Part shown: positions 40,591 through 50,155 of the stretch, piece by piece
Position numbering within the stretch: the first letter of the stretch is position 1
Layout: each line of letters begins with the position of its first letter
From: an uncultured Gemmatimonadales bacterium
Lineage (GTDB): Bacteria > Gemmatimonadota > Gemmatimonadetes > Longimicrobiales > RSA9
Direction: 5' to 3'
DNA length: 64,000 bases
NCBI GenBank assembly: GCA_963708135.1
Contig: OY970192.1
Location: 2,944,001 to 3,008,000 of the forward strand
Notes under the pieces: generated by a model
The model's input: only the letters and a program-made list of their open reading frames with translations
What the model was told of the DNA's origin: nothing
Databases searched by the model: none
Translations under genes and position numbers: made by a program

Positions 40591-42408
40591 TCAGGCATGC
40601 GCCAGGGGCGCGGGGGAGCCGTCGGCGGAGGCGGCCGGCCGGCCGGCGTAGGGGATGCGCAGGTCGAACCGGCGCATGTCCCAGGCAGCCGTCGGACAGC
40701 GCTCGGCGCACAGGCCGCAGTGGATGCAGAGGTCCTCGTCCTTGACCATGATGCGGCCGGTCTGCGGCAGCTCCCCGGAGGCGAAGAGCGGCTGCTCGAG
40801 GTTCTCCGCGGGCGCGGTGAGGCGGGTGCGCAGGCTCGCCTCCGCGTCGCCGTCCCAGGTGATGGTCAGGCAGGAGAGCGGACAGACGTCGATGCAGGCG
40901 TCGCACTCGATGCAGAGCGCGTCGGTGAAGTGCGTCTGGATGTCGCAGTTCAGGCAGCGCTCGACCTCCTTCACCGTCTGCTCGAGGTCGAAGCCCATCT
41001 CGACCTCGACGCCGAGCCCCTCGAAGCGGCGCCGCAGCTCGACGTGGCGCATCGAGGCCCGCTGCACCGGGTCGTAGTCGTTGCTGTAGCTCCATTCGTG
41101 CAACCCCATCTTCTGGCTGACGAGGTTCATGCCGTAGGCCGGCCGCGCGTCGAGCGCCACCCCCTGGCAGCGGTTGTGGATCGAGATCGCCGCCTCGTGC
41201 CCATGCGCCACCGCCCAGATGATGTTCTCCGGGCCCCACGCCGCATCGCCGCCGGCGAAGACACCGGGCCGCGTGGTCTCGAAGGTGACGCGGTCCACGA
41301 CCGGGACGCCCCAGCGGTCGGCCTCGATGCCGACGTCGTCCTCGATCCAGGGGAACGCCGGCTCCTGCCCGATGGCGACGATGACGTCGTCGCACGGGAT
41401 GACCACGCTCTCGAGCGTCTCCGAGCGCAGCTTCCCCTTCTCGTCCTCGTGCCAGCGCACGATCTCGAACTCCATCCCGACCAGCCGCCCGTCCTCCACC
41501 ACGTAGCGCGTCGGCGAGTGGTTCTCGACGATCGCCACGCCCTCCTCCTCGGCATCGTCCAGCTCCCAGGGCGACGCCTTGAAGTAGGGGCGGGACTTGC
41601 GGGCCATGACCTTCACGTCCACGCCGCCCAGCCGCTTGGCCGTGCGGCAGCAGTCCATGGCCGTGTTGCCGACGCCGATCACCAGCACCCGCTCGCCGAT
41701 CGAGTCCTTGTGCTCGAACGCCACCGACTCCAGCCAGTCGATGCCGATGTGGACGTGCTCCCGGTCGTCCCAGCGACCCGGCAGGTCCAGCTCCTTGCCG
41801 CGCGGCGCGCCGCTGCCGATGAAGACGGCGTCCCAGCCCTCCGCGAGCAGCGCCCGGAGCGAGGTGACCGGCGTGTTCAGGCGCAGGTCCACGCCCATGT
41901 CGATGATCGTGCCGATCTCCTCCCGGAGCACCTCGGGCGGCAGCCGGAAGCGCGGGATGTTCGACCACATGAGCCCGCCCGCGCGGTCGCTCTTCTCGAA
42001 GATCGTGACCTCGTAGCCGAGCGGCATGAGGTCGTTGGCGACGGTGAGCGACGCCGGCCCCGCGCCGATGCACGCCACCCGCTTCCCGTTCTTCTGCGCG
42101 GGCGCCTTCGGCAGCCGGTCCGTGACATCCCCCTTCAGGTCCGCGGCCACGCGCTTCAGCCGGCAGATGGCGACGGGCTCCTCCTGCAGCCGTCCGCGCC
42201 GGCACGCCGGCTCGCACGGCCGGTCGCACGTGCGGCCCAGGATCCCCGGGAACACGTTCGACTCCCGGTTCAGCATGTACGCGTCCGCGTAGCGGCCCTG
42301 CGCGATCAGCCGGATGTACTCCGGCACGTTCGTGTGCGCGGGGCACGCCCACTGGCAGTCGACGACGCGGTGGTAGTACTGCGGGTCGGAGACGTCGCTC
42401 GGCTTCAT
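40591..42408 (-). CDS. GltD-like FAD/NAD(P)H oxidoreductase with C-terminal ferredoxin motifs
   Basis: CQWACP..GRTCDRPCEPAC, GAGPAS, GVGNTAMD, CIECDACIDVCP and CIHCGLCAERCP. Confidence 0.92.
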   Translation of the reverse strand: MKPSDVSDPQYYHRVVDCQWACPAHTNVPEYIRLIAQGRYADAYMLNRESNVFPGILGRTCDRPCEPACRRGRLQEEPVAICRLKRVAADLKGDVTDRLPKAPAQKNGKRVACIGAGPASLTVANDLMPLGYEVTIFEKSDRAGGLMWSNIPRFRLPPEVLREEIGTIIDMGVDLRLNTPVTSLRALLAEGWDAVFIGSGAPRGKELDLPGRWDDREHVHIGIDWLESVAFEHKDSIGERVLVIGVGNTAMDCCRTAKRLGGVDVKVMARKSRPYFKASPWELDDAEEEGVAIVENHSPTRYVVEDGRLVGMEFEIVRWHEDEKGKLRSETLESVVIPCDDVIVAIGQEPAFPWIEDDVGIEADRWGVPVVDRVTFETTRPGVFAGGDAAWGPENIIWAVAHGHEAAISIHNRCQGVALDARPAYGMNLVSQKMGLHEWSYSNDYDPVQRASMRHVELRRRFEGLGVEVEMGFDLEQTVKEVERCLNCDIQTHFTDALCIECDACIDVCPLSCLTITWDGDAEASLRTRLTAPAENLEQPLFASGELPQTGRIMVKDEDLCIHCGLCAERCPTAAWDMRRFDLRIPYAGRPAASADGSPAPLAHA

Positions 42409-42623
42409 GCGCCTCGGGGCCCGGCGGCGGCCGCCGCCACGGCGGATTCGGCCGCGTCGTCGCCGGGAACGGAGAAGAGGGGACAGAACGCGCCGGTGCA
42501 GCTCACGCCGTAGACCAGACAGATGACGCCGATGGCGTCGTCCGCGATGGCCGGCTCGTGGAGCGCGGCGCCGGGCTTGAGCGCGACCGGCACGGGGCGG
42601 TCGCATGCGGAACAGAAGGCCAT
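42405..42623 (-). CDS. Small Cys-rich protein (about 72 aa)
   Basis: MAFCSACD..ICLVYGVSCTGAFCPLF; ATGA-coupled to the downstream oxidoreductase. Confidence 0.65.
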   Translation of the reverse strand: MAFCSACDRPVPVALKPGAALHEPAIADDAIGVICLVYGVSCTGAFCPLFSVPGDDAAESAVAAAAAGPRGA

Positions 42624-42753
42624 GTGGTGCTGCACGGCTACCCCCGGGGAACGTGGGAGAGACGTGTCGGCATCGGATGCGGCGATGCAGGCGGGGCCGA
42701 CCACGGTTGGCTGTCTCAATTTAGGACCACGCCCGTGCACGGGCCAGTGGGGG

Positions 42754-42826
42754 GAGGGCGGCGAGGGCGGCGAGGGCGACGAGGGCGACGAGGGAGCCGA
42801 GGGCGTCGAGAGTGGGTGAGTGGGTG
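42754..42826. repeat. 9-bp tandem repeat (GAGGGCGRC)x~6 followed by GAGTGGGT x2
   Basis: Seen directly. Confidence 0.75.
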
Positions 42827-43167
42827 ACGCCGCGGCAGGGCGAGCTCATCGCATGCGGAGCTTCGCGGGGACGCCCGAAGAGTGGGTGAGCCGCCGGGGC
42901 GGGCGGATGGCCGGGACTGCGGGCGCTTCGCAGCGCGTGATCGCCCCTGAGAGCCGTCGCCGTCGTCGAATCTTCGGCGCCAGAAGGTTGCCTTTGGCCG
43001 GCCACTCTCGGCCCCGGACCTGGACAGGTCGCCGCTCGCCGCGGCGAACCGGCGCGAGTCGCCGCTCGTCGCGGCCATGACATCGAGATCCGACCTGTGC
43101 ACGAATGGCCGTCGCGATCCGCCACTCGATCCAGCGCGGGAAATCGCCGGCCGGGTTGTGCCTTCCT

Positions 43168-43226
43168 GGCGTGCAGACCTCGCCAGTCGCGCCGCCGCTT
43201 CGCTCCAGTGGCGGGTTCTGCACGCC
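43168..43226. repeat. REP-like hairpin, same family as 20090-20390
   Basis: GGCGTGCAGACCTCGCCAGT ... CAGTGGCGGGTTCTGCACGCC. Confidence 0.7.
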
Positions 43227-43332
43227 CCCCGACCGGACGACGCGGGTGCACGCGCAGAGACGGAGCCAACCGGCCGGGCGAGCCCCTCGGCGCCCGCTCG
43301 ACCAAGGCTCCCGGGTCGCGCGCCCGTCGCCC

Positions 43333-45150
43333 TCACGACGGCGGCGCGACCCCGCCGGGGGCGGGACGGGGGGTGAGGGTGAAGAGGCCGTCGCCGAGCT
43401 GGCCCAGCGCGTTCCAGCCCCAGCACCACGCCTCGCCTGCCGTCGTAGTGCCGCACGTGAAGGCGGCCGGGGTGTTGGGGACGAAGCTCGTCTCGAGCGA
43501 CGCCGTGACCGCGCGGAAGCGTAGTCCGCCGGCCACCGCCGCCGGCACGGCCACGGAGGCGGTGTCGCCGGTGCCGAGCTGGCCGCTCCGGTTGTCGCCC
43601 CAGCACCAGGCGCCGCCGTCGGCCGCCACGGCGCAGGTGTAGGCGTTGCCGGCCGAGATGTCGGTGAAGGCGCGGCCGCCGGCCACGGGCGTGGGGGCGG
43701 TGCGTGGGGTGGTGGTGCCGTCGCCGAGCTGGCCGGCGTCGTTGCGGCCCCAGCAGTATGCCGCGCCGTCCGCGGCCAGGGCGCAGACGTGGCCGCCGCC
43801 TGCGGAGATGCGGGTGAAGGAGAGTCCGCCGGCCACCGCGGTGGGGCGGGCGAGGCCGCTGGGGGAGCCGGAAACGGTGGCGCCGTTGCCGAGCTCGCCG
43901 TGCGTGTCGTCGCCCCAGCACCAGGCGGCGCCGCCCTGCGCGATGCCGCAGGTCACGACGGCGCCGGCGGTCAGGGCGGTCAACGAGAGCCCGCCGGCGA
44001 CGGTGGTCGGGAGCGCGCGGTCCTCGAAGGTGCCGTCGCCGAGCTGGCCCGTGGCGTTCGCGCCCCAGCAGAACGCGGCGCCGCCGTCGTCGAGGGCGCA
44101 GGTGTGGTCCGCGCCGGCGCTCAGGGCCACGTAGCGGGCGTCTCCCGCCACCTGGACCGGGTGGTCCACATCGTAGGCGGCGCCGGTTCCCGTCGTCTGG
44201 CCGCGGCCCCAGCAGTAGAGCACGCCGGCCGGCACGAGCCCGCACGTCTGCACGCCGCCGGCCGCGAGGGCGGTGAAGGAGAGGCCGCCGGTCACCGCCA
44301 CGGGTCGCGGCGCGCAGCGGTCGCCCTGGAGCGCCGGCCCGCGCGTGTCGTAGTAGCAGCCGGCGAGCGTGTCCGCGCTGCCGAGCCAGGGGCCACGCCG
44401 TCCCCAGCACCAGGCCGCGCCGGCGGCGTCCAGGCCGCAGGCGTGCGCGTCCCCCGCCGCGAGCGAGCGCAGCGCCGCGGGCGCGAGCACGGTGAACGGC
44501 ACGTCGAGGATGACGCCCCCGGCGCGCGCCGTGACGGTGGTGCCGCCGGGCGATCCGGCCGTGGCCGTACCGTCGGGGCTCACGCTCAGGATGGCGGGGT
44601 CGCCGGTGCTCCACCCGGTGGCGGAATCGGGGAGCGGGTTTCCGAACGCGTCCACCGCCGCGAGCCGGACGACGCTGCCCACGGGGATCGAGCGGGCATC
44701 CGGCGCGAGGCGGGCGAGCGGCCCCACGAGGGCCGCCACCTCGGCGTGCTGGACGATCGCCGGCACCTCGCCGCCGCCAGGGGGCGCCGCCGTGGCGGTG
44801 GCCGCCACCGAGTAGCGCCCGGGGAGCTGGCCGAGGATGACCTCGACGCTGGCCCGCCCGCTGGCGTCCGTCCGCGTGCTGTCGGGGGCGACCGCCGCGC
44901 CGAGCGTGGGCGCGTTCGGCTCGAGATCCACGACGGACCACCGGACGACGACGCCCGGCACGGGTCGTCCCGCCGCGTCCGTCGCGACCACGGTGAGCGA
45001 GTCCGGCAGCGGCCGCCCCGCCGGTCCGGACTGATCCGCGCCGGCCACGAACGCAAGGGCGCTCGGCATGGTCCCCTCGGGCGCCGCTGGTGAGCGGTCG
45101 CACGCGGCGAGGGCGAGCGGGGCAACGAGGAGCGTGAGCAAGCGTCGCAT
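43333..45150 (-). CDS. Lipoprotein with Ig-like domains and RCC1/BLIP-II repeats
   Basis: Lipobox LAAC; GADQSG..LPDSL Ig motif; about 7 HxCxL..G.A.CWG.N..GQLG repeats. Confidence 0.9.
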   Translation of the reverse strand: MRRLLTLLVAPLALAACDRSPAAPEGTMPSALAFVAGADQSGPAGRPLPDSLTVVATDAAGRPVPGVVVRWSVVDLEPNAPTLGAAVAPDSTRTDASGRASVEVILGQLPGRYSVAATATAAPPGGGEVPAIVQHAEVAALVGPLARLAPDARSIPVGSVVRLAAVDAFGNPLPDSATGWSTGDPAILSVSPDGTATAGSPGGTTVTARAGGVILDVPFTVLAPAALRSLAAGDAHACGLDAAGAAWCWGRRGPWLGSADTLAGCYYDTRGPALQGDRCAPRPVAVTGGLSFTALAAGGVQTCGLVPAGVLYCWGRGQTTGTGAAYDVDHPVQVAGDARYVALSAGADHTCALDDGGAAFCWGANATGQLGDGTFEDRALPTTVAGGLSLTALTAGAVVTCGIAQGGAAWCWGDDTHGELGNGATVSGSPSGLARPTAVAGGLSFTRISAGGGHVCALAADGAAYCWGRNDAGQLGDGTTTPRTAPTPVAGGRAFTDISAGNAYTCAVAADGGAWCWGDNRSGQLGTGDTASVAVPAAVAGGLRFRAVTASLETSFVPNTPAAFTCGTTTAGEAWCWGWNALGQLGDGLFTLTPRPAPGGVAPPS

Positions 45151-45290
45151 GCTGAAGCCGTCCGAGGAGTGCCGTTCCGAGTCCACGAGCTCCGGGTACA
45201 CTGCGCACCCCGCGAGAGTTCGCGCCGGCGGCGGCCGAAACCCGATATCGCGCGACCGCGTAGGGCGGAAGACCCCTTTCGGGAGAGCGC

Positions 45291-47702
45291 ATGCTCAACG
45301 ACCTCCGTCACGCCACACGCGGCATCGTCCGCGACCCGGGCCTCGCCCTCATCGCGGTGCTGGCGCTCGCGCTGGGGATCGGGCTTACGGCTGGCATGTT
45401 CAGCATCGTGTACGGCGCGCTGTGGCGCGGCATGCCCTTCGAGCGGGCGGACCGGCTGATCACGGTGATGCGCGTGGATGTCGCGCGCGGCAGCGGGCGG
45501 CTGCCGGTGCGCACGCGCGAGCTGGCGGAGTATCGCGCCCGGGCCCGGTCCTTCGAGGGGCTGGCCGGTTGGTACGACGCGACGGTGAACGTGAGCGGGA
45601 CGGAGCGGCCGGTGCGGGCGGACGGCGCGTACGTCGCCGCGAACGCGTTCGGCCTGGTGCGCGTGCGGCCGATGCTCGGACGCGACTTCTCGGCGGCAGA
45701 CGAGGCGCCCGGCGCACCCCCCGTCGCCATCCTGGCGTACACGCTCTGGCGCGACCGCTACCACGCGGACGCGGGCATGGTGGGGCGGACGATCCGGGCG
45801 AACGGCGTGCCGACTACCGTGGTCGGGGTCATGCCGGCGGGGTTCCGCTTCCCCGACGACAACGAGCTGTGGCTGCCCCTCCGCGATGATCCGCTGCGCG
45901 TCGGCTGGGACGCCGGGCCGATGCTGGAGGTGTTCGGGCGGCTGAAGGACGGCATCCCGCTCGCGCAGGCCAACGCGGAGATCGCGGGCATCCAGCGGCG
46001 CATCGCGCTCGAGCACCCGACCGAGGAGAAGGGGCTCGCGGCGCGGGTGGCACCCATCCTGGAGGACTACATGGGCCCTTCGGAGCGGCACCTGCTCTTC
46101 ACGATGCTCGGCGCGGTCATCCTGGTGCTGCTCATCGGCTGCTTCAACGTGGCCAACCTGCTGCTCAGCCGCACGCTCGTGCGCACCCGCGAGATCGGCA
46201 TCCGGGCGGCGCTCGGCGCCGGGCGGACCCGCATCGCGACGCAGTTCCTGACCGAGGCGCTGGTGCTGGCGCTCGCCGGCGCGCTGCTCGGGACCGGCAT
46301 CGCCTGGGCCGGAGTGCGAGCCTTCCGCGCCGCCATCGCCGGCACGAACCCGCCCTTCTACCTGGACTTCCGGCTGGACGCGGTGCCGCTCCTGTTCACG
46401 CTGGCGCTCGCCGTCGCCTCCGCGGTGCTCGCCGGCGCGCTGCCGGCGCTGCGCGCGGGGCGGGCGGACGTGGCAGGGGTGCTGAAGGACGAGTCGAGGG
46501 GCGGCTCCAGCCTGCGGCTGGGCCGGCTCACGCGCGGGCTGGTGATGCTCGAGGTGGCGCTCTCCTGCGGGCTGCTCGTCGGCGCGGGGCTCGCCGTCAA
46601 GAGCGTCGCGCGGCTGCGTACCCTCGACCTCGGCATGCCCGCCGACCACATCTTCGACGCCCGCTTGACGCTGCCCGCCTCGACCTACCCGGACGACGCC
46701 GCGCGCACCGCCTTCTGGGACGCGCTGGTGCCCCGCCTGCGCGCCATCCCCGGCGTGCGCGACGCCTCCCTCGCTACGGCAGCGCCCGGTCTCGGCGCGG
46801 GCTACGACGCCATCACCGTCGAGGGGCACGCCTACGCCCGCGAGGGCGATCACCCGGTCGTGCATTCCGTCACCGTTTCGCCCGGCTTCCTCCGCACGTT
46901 GGCGCTCCGGCCGCTCGCGGGCCGGAGCTTCGCCGAAGGCGACGTCGCCGCCGCCCTCCCCGTCGCCCTCGTCAACCGCTCCCTCGCCCGGCGCCAGTTC
47001 CCGGACGGCGCCGTCGGCCGTCGGATCCGGCTCGGCCCCGGCGCCGCGGACTCCGTCTGGCGCACCATCGTGGGAGTGGTGCCGGACGCCTACGCCAACC
47101 AGGCCGGCGCGCCGAACAATGCGCCCGACGCCATCTACCTGCCGCTCGCGCAGCAGCCCGCGGAGGGCGCGCACATCCTGCTGCGGACCGCCGGCTCGCC
47201 CACCAGCATGACCGGGGCCGTACGCGACGCCGTGAACGGCCTCGACCCCGACCTGCCCATCTACCGGGTGGACGCGCTCGACCACGCCGTGCACGCGCGC
47301 CTCTGGTTCGTGCGCGTCTTCGGCGCGATGCTCGTGCTCTTCGGCGGTGCCGCGCTGTTCCTGGCCACCGTCGGGCTGTACGCCGTGATGGCCTTCTCCG
47401 TGCGCCGGCGCACGCGGGAGATGGGGATCCGGATGGCGCTCGGCGCCCGCGCCGAGGACCTGCTGCGTCTCGTGCTCCGGCAGGGGATGACCCAGGCCGC
47501 CATCGGCCTCGCGCTCGGGCTGCTCCTCGCCCTCGGCCTCTCGCGCCTCCTGGCCATCGTCCTCTTCGGCGTGAATCCCCGCGATCCTGCCGTCTTCGCG
47601 GCGATCGCGCTGGTCCTTGCCGGCACCGCCGCCCTCGCGTGCGTCATCCCCGCGCGGCGCGCGGCGAGGGTGGCGCCGAACACGGCGCTCAAGCTGGAGT
47701 GA
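45291..47702 (+). CDS. ADOP-type duplicated ABC permease (MacB/FtsX), no ATPase nearby
   Basis: LALGIG, LLIGCFNVANLLL..REIGIRAALGA, RRTREMGIRMALGA and PARRAARV. Confidence 0.93.
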   Translation: MLNDLRHATRGIVRDPGLALIAVLALALGIGLTAGMFSIVYGALWRGMPFERADRLITVMRVDVARGSGRLPVRTRELAEYRARARSFEGLAGWYDATVNVSGTERPVRADGAYVAANAFGLVRVRPMLGRDFSAADEAPGAPPVAILAYTLWRDRYHADAGMVGRTIRANGVPTTVVGVMPAGFRFPDDNELWLPLRDDPLRVGWDAGPMLEVFGRLKDGIPLAQANAEIAGIQRRIALEHPTEEKGLAARVAPILEDYMGPSERHLLFTMLGAVILVLLIGCFNVANLLLSRTLVRTREIGIRAALGAGRTRIATQFLTEALVLALAGALLGTGIAWAGVRAFRAAIAGTNPPFYLDFRLDAVPLLFTLALAVASAVLAGALPALRAGRADVAGVLKDESRGGSSLRLGRLTRGLVMLEVALSCGLLVGAGLAVKSVARLRTLDLGMPADHIFDARLTLPASTYPDDAARTAFWDALVPRLRAIPGVRDASLATAAPGLGAGYDAITVEGHAYAREGDHPVVHSVTVSPGFLRTLALRPLAGRSFAEGDVAAALPVALVNRSLARRQFPDGAVGRRIRLGPGAADSVWRTIVGVVPDAYANQAGAPNNAPDAIYLPLAQQPAEGAHILLRTAGSPTSMTGAVRDAVNGLDPDLPIYRVDALDHAVHARLWFVRVFGAMLVLFGGAALFLATVGLYAVMAFSVRRRTREMGIRMALGARAEDLLRLVLRQGMTQAAIGLALGLLLALGLSRLLAIVLFGVNPRDPAVFAAIALVLAGTAALACVIPARRAARVAPNTALKLE

Positions 47703-47775
47703 GGGCGGGCGGCGCCGGGACGCCTCGAATGATATCGGCAGCGGAAGGATCTCTCGCGGGAGCGGCCGACCCGCC

Positions 47776-48215
47776 TCAGTCCGCGAGGACGCGGAACGCG
47801 TTGCTCGTGAGCGTGGCGTCGCCATCGTCGAGCGGCCACTCGACGCGCGCCCGGAAACGGTATGTACCGGACCGAAGGAACGAATAGACCGGCTGGAGGC
47901 CGACGGCCGACGCTCCCGGCCGCAGCACATCGAGCTCGGCCCCGCATATCGCCCCGTCCGGGAGCTTCTGCACCGCGATCCAGCCCTCGCCCTCCCGCCG
48001 CTCGAGGGCCGACGAGCAAAGGTTGTAGCCGAGCGCCTGCTGCGAGCCGTTTCCCAGCGTCACGCGGACGGTGTCACCGACGGCGAAGCGCGTCCCCGCC
48101 ACGCTGAAGCTCAATCCGGGCGGCGTCTCGGCCCCGGCAGGTCCGTCGGGGTCGAGCTGCATGCCCCGATCGGCAGCGCCAGCACGGCGAGAAGCAGTCA
48201 GCACCGCGTAACCAT
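47776..48215 (-). pseudogene. Small Ig-like lipoprotein gene with an internal stop and a frameshift
   Basis: GGAG-preceded ATG at 48215 gives MVTRC*LLLAVLALPIGAC; the body AETPPGLSF..YNLCSS..GTYRF is in another frame after a G4 run. Confidence 0.6.
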
Positions 48216-48683
48216 CCCGCTCCAGCAGCCGGGCGCACGTGCGCACGCCCCGCGGGAAGCTCAACGCACTGGCCGGTGCTTCCATGACAGCACCGATTCG
48301 GCCGAGGGGGTTGCAGCGGTCGTGCACTCCAGACGCTGGCGCCGGCAGGCAACCACTGCGGAGCAACCACGGGTTCGGAGTCCGGGGCTCCCCCCCGTAG
48401 GCGCTCACTTGAGGCCGACGCTCGCCACGGCCATCGACAACCCCGGTGTACGCATCCTTGGCTCGGCGCGCGCCGCGGCGGCCACAGCGGCCGCGGCGGT
48501 CCCGGAGGCCGCGCCGATCGCGAACGCCGACCCTCGTGTGCGGCGGGTGCGGCGGTCCCCCGCCGACGCCCCGCGAACGCCGGCCCTTGTATGCGGCGGG
48601 CGCCGCCGCCGTCGGCCCCTGCGGCGCCGGCCCCTGCGCGCAGCCGCGGTGAACTCCCGACCCGTACCCTGGCGCAGAGACGG

Positions 48684-48817
48684 TTGGGGAGTTGACCGCG
48701 CTATTCGTTGTCAACTCCCCACGGGCCCCAGGTCCGTGGGAACGATTGGGGACTTTGCCGCGCTATTCGTTGTCAACTCCCCAAACGTCGATTCCACGAC
48801 CGACCCGTGGGGACTTT
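48684..48817. repeat. Two 38-bp palindromic repeats plus a degenerate third, at about 62-bp period
   Basis: TTGGGGAGTTGACCGCGCTATTCGTTGTCAACTCCCCA (48684-48721) and a variant at 48746-48783; TGGGGACTTT at 48808. Confidence 0.85.
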
Positions 48818-49135
48818 CCTGTCTTCGCGGGGCCAGGCACTCCCCCCCTTCCTCTGGGCAGGATCGCCTTGGCGCGCGCGGTTGAATCCGATCGTGAGCC
48901 GCAGCGGCGCCTTCGTCTGGCCCGCGCACGATCGCCTCGCCCCGCGGGCGTCGCCCGGCGGGAGGGCGCTCCGGGCACGCCGGCCGCGCCCTGCCGCCCC
49001 TTCGGGCGGGAGCTCGATGGAAACCGTCCCGGTCGCCGATTGCGTTCCTGCGGTTGGCGGCGCATTCATAGGGGCCGTCACAGGGACACCGCCAGCGGCC
49101 GCCCGGGCCGCACACACCCGATAGAGGAGATCGCC

Positions 49136-49987
49136 ATGCCGCTCCCCGGTCGAGACCCGCGCGTCTGCCGCACCGCCGGGCCGCGCCCTCCGGCGCCGTG
49201 CGCGAGAGACGGTGCGGCGAGACGGAGGCGCCGTCCGGGGATCGTCGCCTCGGGCGGGTTGCTCCTCGGCCTGGCCGCGTCCGTCCTCGGCCTCGGCACG
49301 GCCGCGCCCGCCGCCGCCCAGCAGCCCGACACGTTCACGAACCTCAAGGTGCTGCCGAAGGACATCTCGCGGGAGCGGCTGCTCGCGGTGATGCGCCACT
49401 TCACGGATGACCTGGGCGTGCGCTGCACGTTCTGTCACGTGCAGGAGAAGGGGCAGCGGCGGCCGGACTTCGCGAAGGACGACAAGCTGACCAAGCGGCG
49501 CGCGCGCTTCATGCTCGAGATGGTGCGGGACCTGAACGGCAAGGTGCTGCCGCAGATCCCGGAGCCGGAGAGTTCGCTCGTGCGCGTGAACTGCTACACC
49601 TGCCATCGCGGACGGCCCATGCCGCAGACACTGGCGGACACGCTGGGGCGCATCATCGCGGCCGAGGGGGTGGGCGCGGTGCCCGCCGTCTACCAGGAGC
49701 TGCGGGAGAAGTACTACGGCCGGGGAATGTACGACTTCGGCCCCTCGACGCTGGTCGAGATGGCGCTCGGCCTCGCCCGGGAAAAGCGGACCGACGACGC
49801 GCTGGCCCTCCTCCAGCTCAACCTCACGCAGTACCCGCGAGATGCGGACACCTACGTGGGCATCGGCGAGGTCCAGCAGGCGGCCGGAAGGAAGGACGAG
49901 GCGATTCAGGCGTACCAAAAGGCACTCGAGCTCGACCCGAAGAACAGAGCGGCGCAGCGGGCCCTGGAGCGGCTCGGGAGCACGTAG
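49136..49987 (+). CDS. Exported dihaem c-type cytochrome (reaction-centre cytochrome-like domain) with C-terminal TPR
   Basis: RBS GAGGAG; signal peptide; NLKVLP, LGVRCTFCH and CYTCHRG; TPR AYQKALELDP. Confidence 0.85.
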   Translation: MPLPGRDPRVCRTAGPRPPAPCARDGAARRRRRPGIVASGGLLLGLAASVLGLGTAAPAAAQQPDTFTNLKVLPKDISRERLLAVMRHFTDDLGVRCTFCHVQEKGQRRPDFAKDDKLTKRRARFMLEMVRDLNGKVLPQIPEPESSLVRVNCYTCHRGRPMPQTLADTLGRIIAAEGVGAVPAVYQELREKYYGRGMYDFGPSTLVEMALGLAREKRTDDALALLQLNLTQYPRDADTYVGIGEVQQAAGRKDEAIQAYQKALELDPKNRAAQRALERLGST

Positions 49988-50091
49988 AGGATCCCGAACG
50001 CGGGACGGGGGACGCGGGGCGCGGGAGTGGGCAGGGCCGCGGCGCCGGCAAAGCCTCGCACGCCGGGCACTCTCGCCCGCGAAGAGCATCG

Positions 50092-50122
50092 CCCACTCCC
50101 CCACTCCCCCACTCCCCCACTC
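50092..50122. repeat. Short tandem repeat (CCCACTCCC)x~3.5
   Basis: Seen directly between convergent genes. Confidence 0.7.
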
Positions 50123-50155
50123 GCGGGGCCGGGCAGGGCGGTGGAAACGGCCGCA

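Noticed and set aside
48198..48200. TGA recoding (selenocysteine or alternative genetic code)
   Set aside because: TGA terminates many intact genes in the window, the codon is in a signal peptide, and the gene also has a frameshift.
48684..48817. CRISPR array
   Set aside because: Only two full repeats, short 24-bp spacers, no cas genes and no AT-rich leader. Kept as an unexplained repeat.
49136..49987. Photosynthesis gene (pufC)
   Set aside because: Only two haem motifs plus TPR, and no photosynthetic gene cluster.
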